In this document: in pieces, positions 34,831 through 35,583 of the stretch
Position numbering within the stretch: position 1 is the stretch's first letter
Layout of the letters: each line of letters starts with the position of its first letter
DNA from: Catajapyx aquilonaris
Taxonomy: Eukaryota
Direction of reading: 5' to 3'
NCBI GenBank assembly: GCA_000934665.2
Contig: JYFJ02004006.1
Location: 1 to 35,583 of the forward strand
DNA length: 35,583 nt
The notes under the pieces: model-generated
What the model was told of the DNA's origin: nothing
Databases searched by the model: none
Seen by the model: the letters and a program-made list of their open reading frames with translations, nothing else
Translations under genes and position numbers: made by a program

Positions 34831-35583
34831 ATTTCTGGTGCGCTGGTGAGCAAACAGATCTCGACTGACTGCTGGAGCAGACGATACGAGTTTTTATACA
34901 ATTTGAATCAAGGAAAAAAATGGCGCATGTTTGATTATGACGCGCCAAATAAATATTTCCAAAAAATATCAAAACATGGATGGCTTAAAAATAAGTTTTT
35001 CTTGCCACATGTTGGAGCATTGTGTTGCAATATTCATACTAAACCCAGCAGCTGCTGGTTTGAATATCTTCTGTCATAATATGCATTAACAAAACAATTC
35101 AGAAAGAAGGAATTTGCAAATTATGCACATACCATTTAATCACATTTTGCGAACATATGGACTACACTTGGAGTATAGTGTGATCAACAGTGCCAATAAC
35201 AACGATAATGCATTGTTATTAAATAATAACAGCTAGGTCTACTAATCAGGTGAATGATGAGGACATGACTGTATAATCACGAGTAATCTTGATATAACTT
35301 AAGTTCATTACACTTTTAAAAAAGAGAGTGACAAACAGTACTACAGTCCCTTTGTATGCAAATTAAATGCAGGTGCGTGGTGGATTTATCAGCTTTATTT
35401 CGACATATAAGATGTGGAAAATCTGCAATTATTTGAATGATTCCAGCCCGATGCCCTGAAAGATGGGAAATAAGTTACAATGGCAAAGTTCATCTAATAC
35501 ATATTTCTAGACGTATGTCTGTCTCTCCTGTTATTCGCTATGCAAATCCGTACGGAGGCCCCGACATATGCCCCAGGGGTTTC

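Noticed and set aside
1847..35079. Numerous plus-strand ORFs of 60-170 aa in the track
   Set aside because: They are antisense shadows of minus-strand exons or AT-rich chance ORFs with no recognisable domains.

Overview
AT-rich, intron-rich eukaryotic (arthropod-type) genomic DNA; nothing prokaryotic. Left to right: (1) the 3' end of a plus-strand gene encoding an unrecognised 42-aa, 6-Cys tandem repeat. (2) Two tandem minus-strand divergent ionotropic receptor (IR, variant iGluR) genes. (3) A head-to-tail minus-strand array of five apparently intact secreted modular proteases (here A-E), each signal peptide + two C-type lectin domains (CTLD) + Pro/Thr linker + 6-Cys Sushi-variant ('Wonton'-like) domain + S1A serine protease. 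The protease halves look like insect ModSP/Manduca HP14 cascade initiators (GDSGGG, non-Asp189 pocket, Phe/Leu activation site), but lectin domains replace the LDLa repeats. (4) A protease-less secreted four-CTLD lectin (F) at the head of the array. Gene B is a mosaic of a C-type lectin head and an A-type catalytic tail. Introns and spacers carry several small non-autonomous transposons (foldback MITE x2, Tc1/pogo-like and Harbinger-like MITEs, Helitron/Helentron-like remnants). Gene models were spliced by eye from GT-AG sites and paralog comparison; internal exon ends are approximate and no database searches were run.
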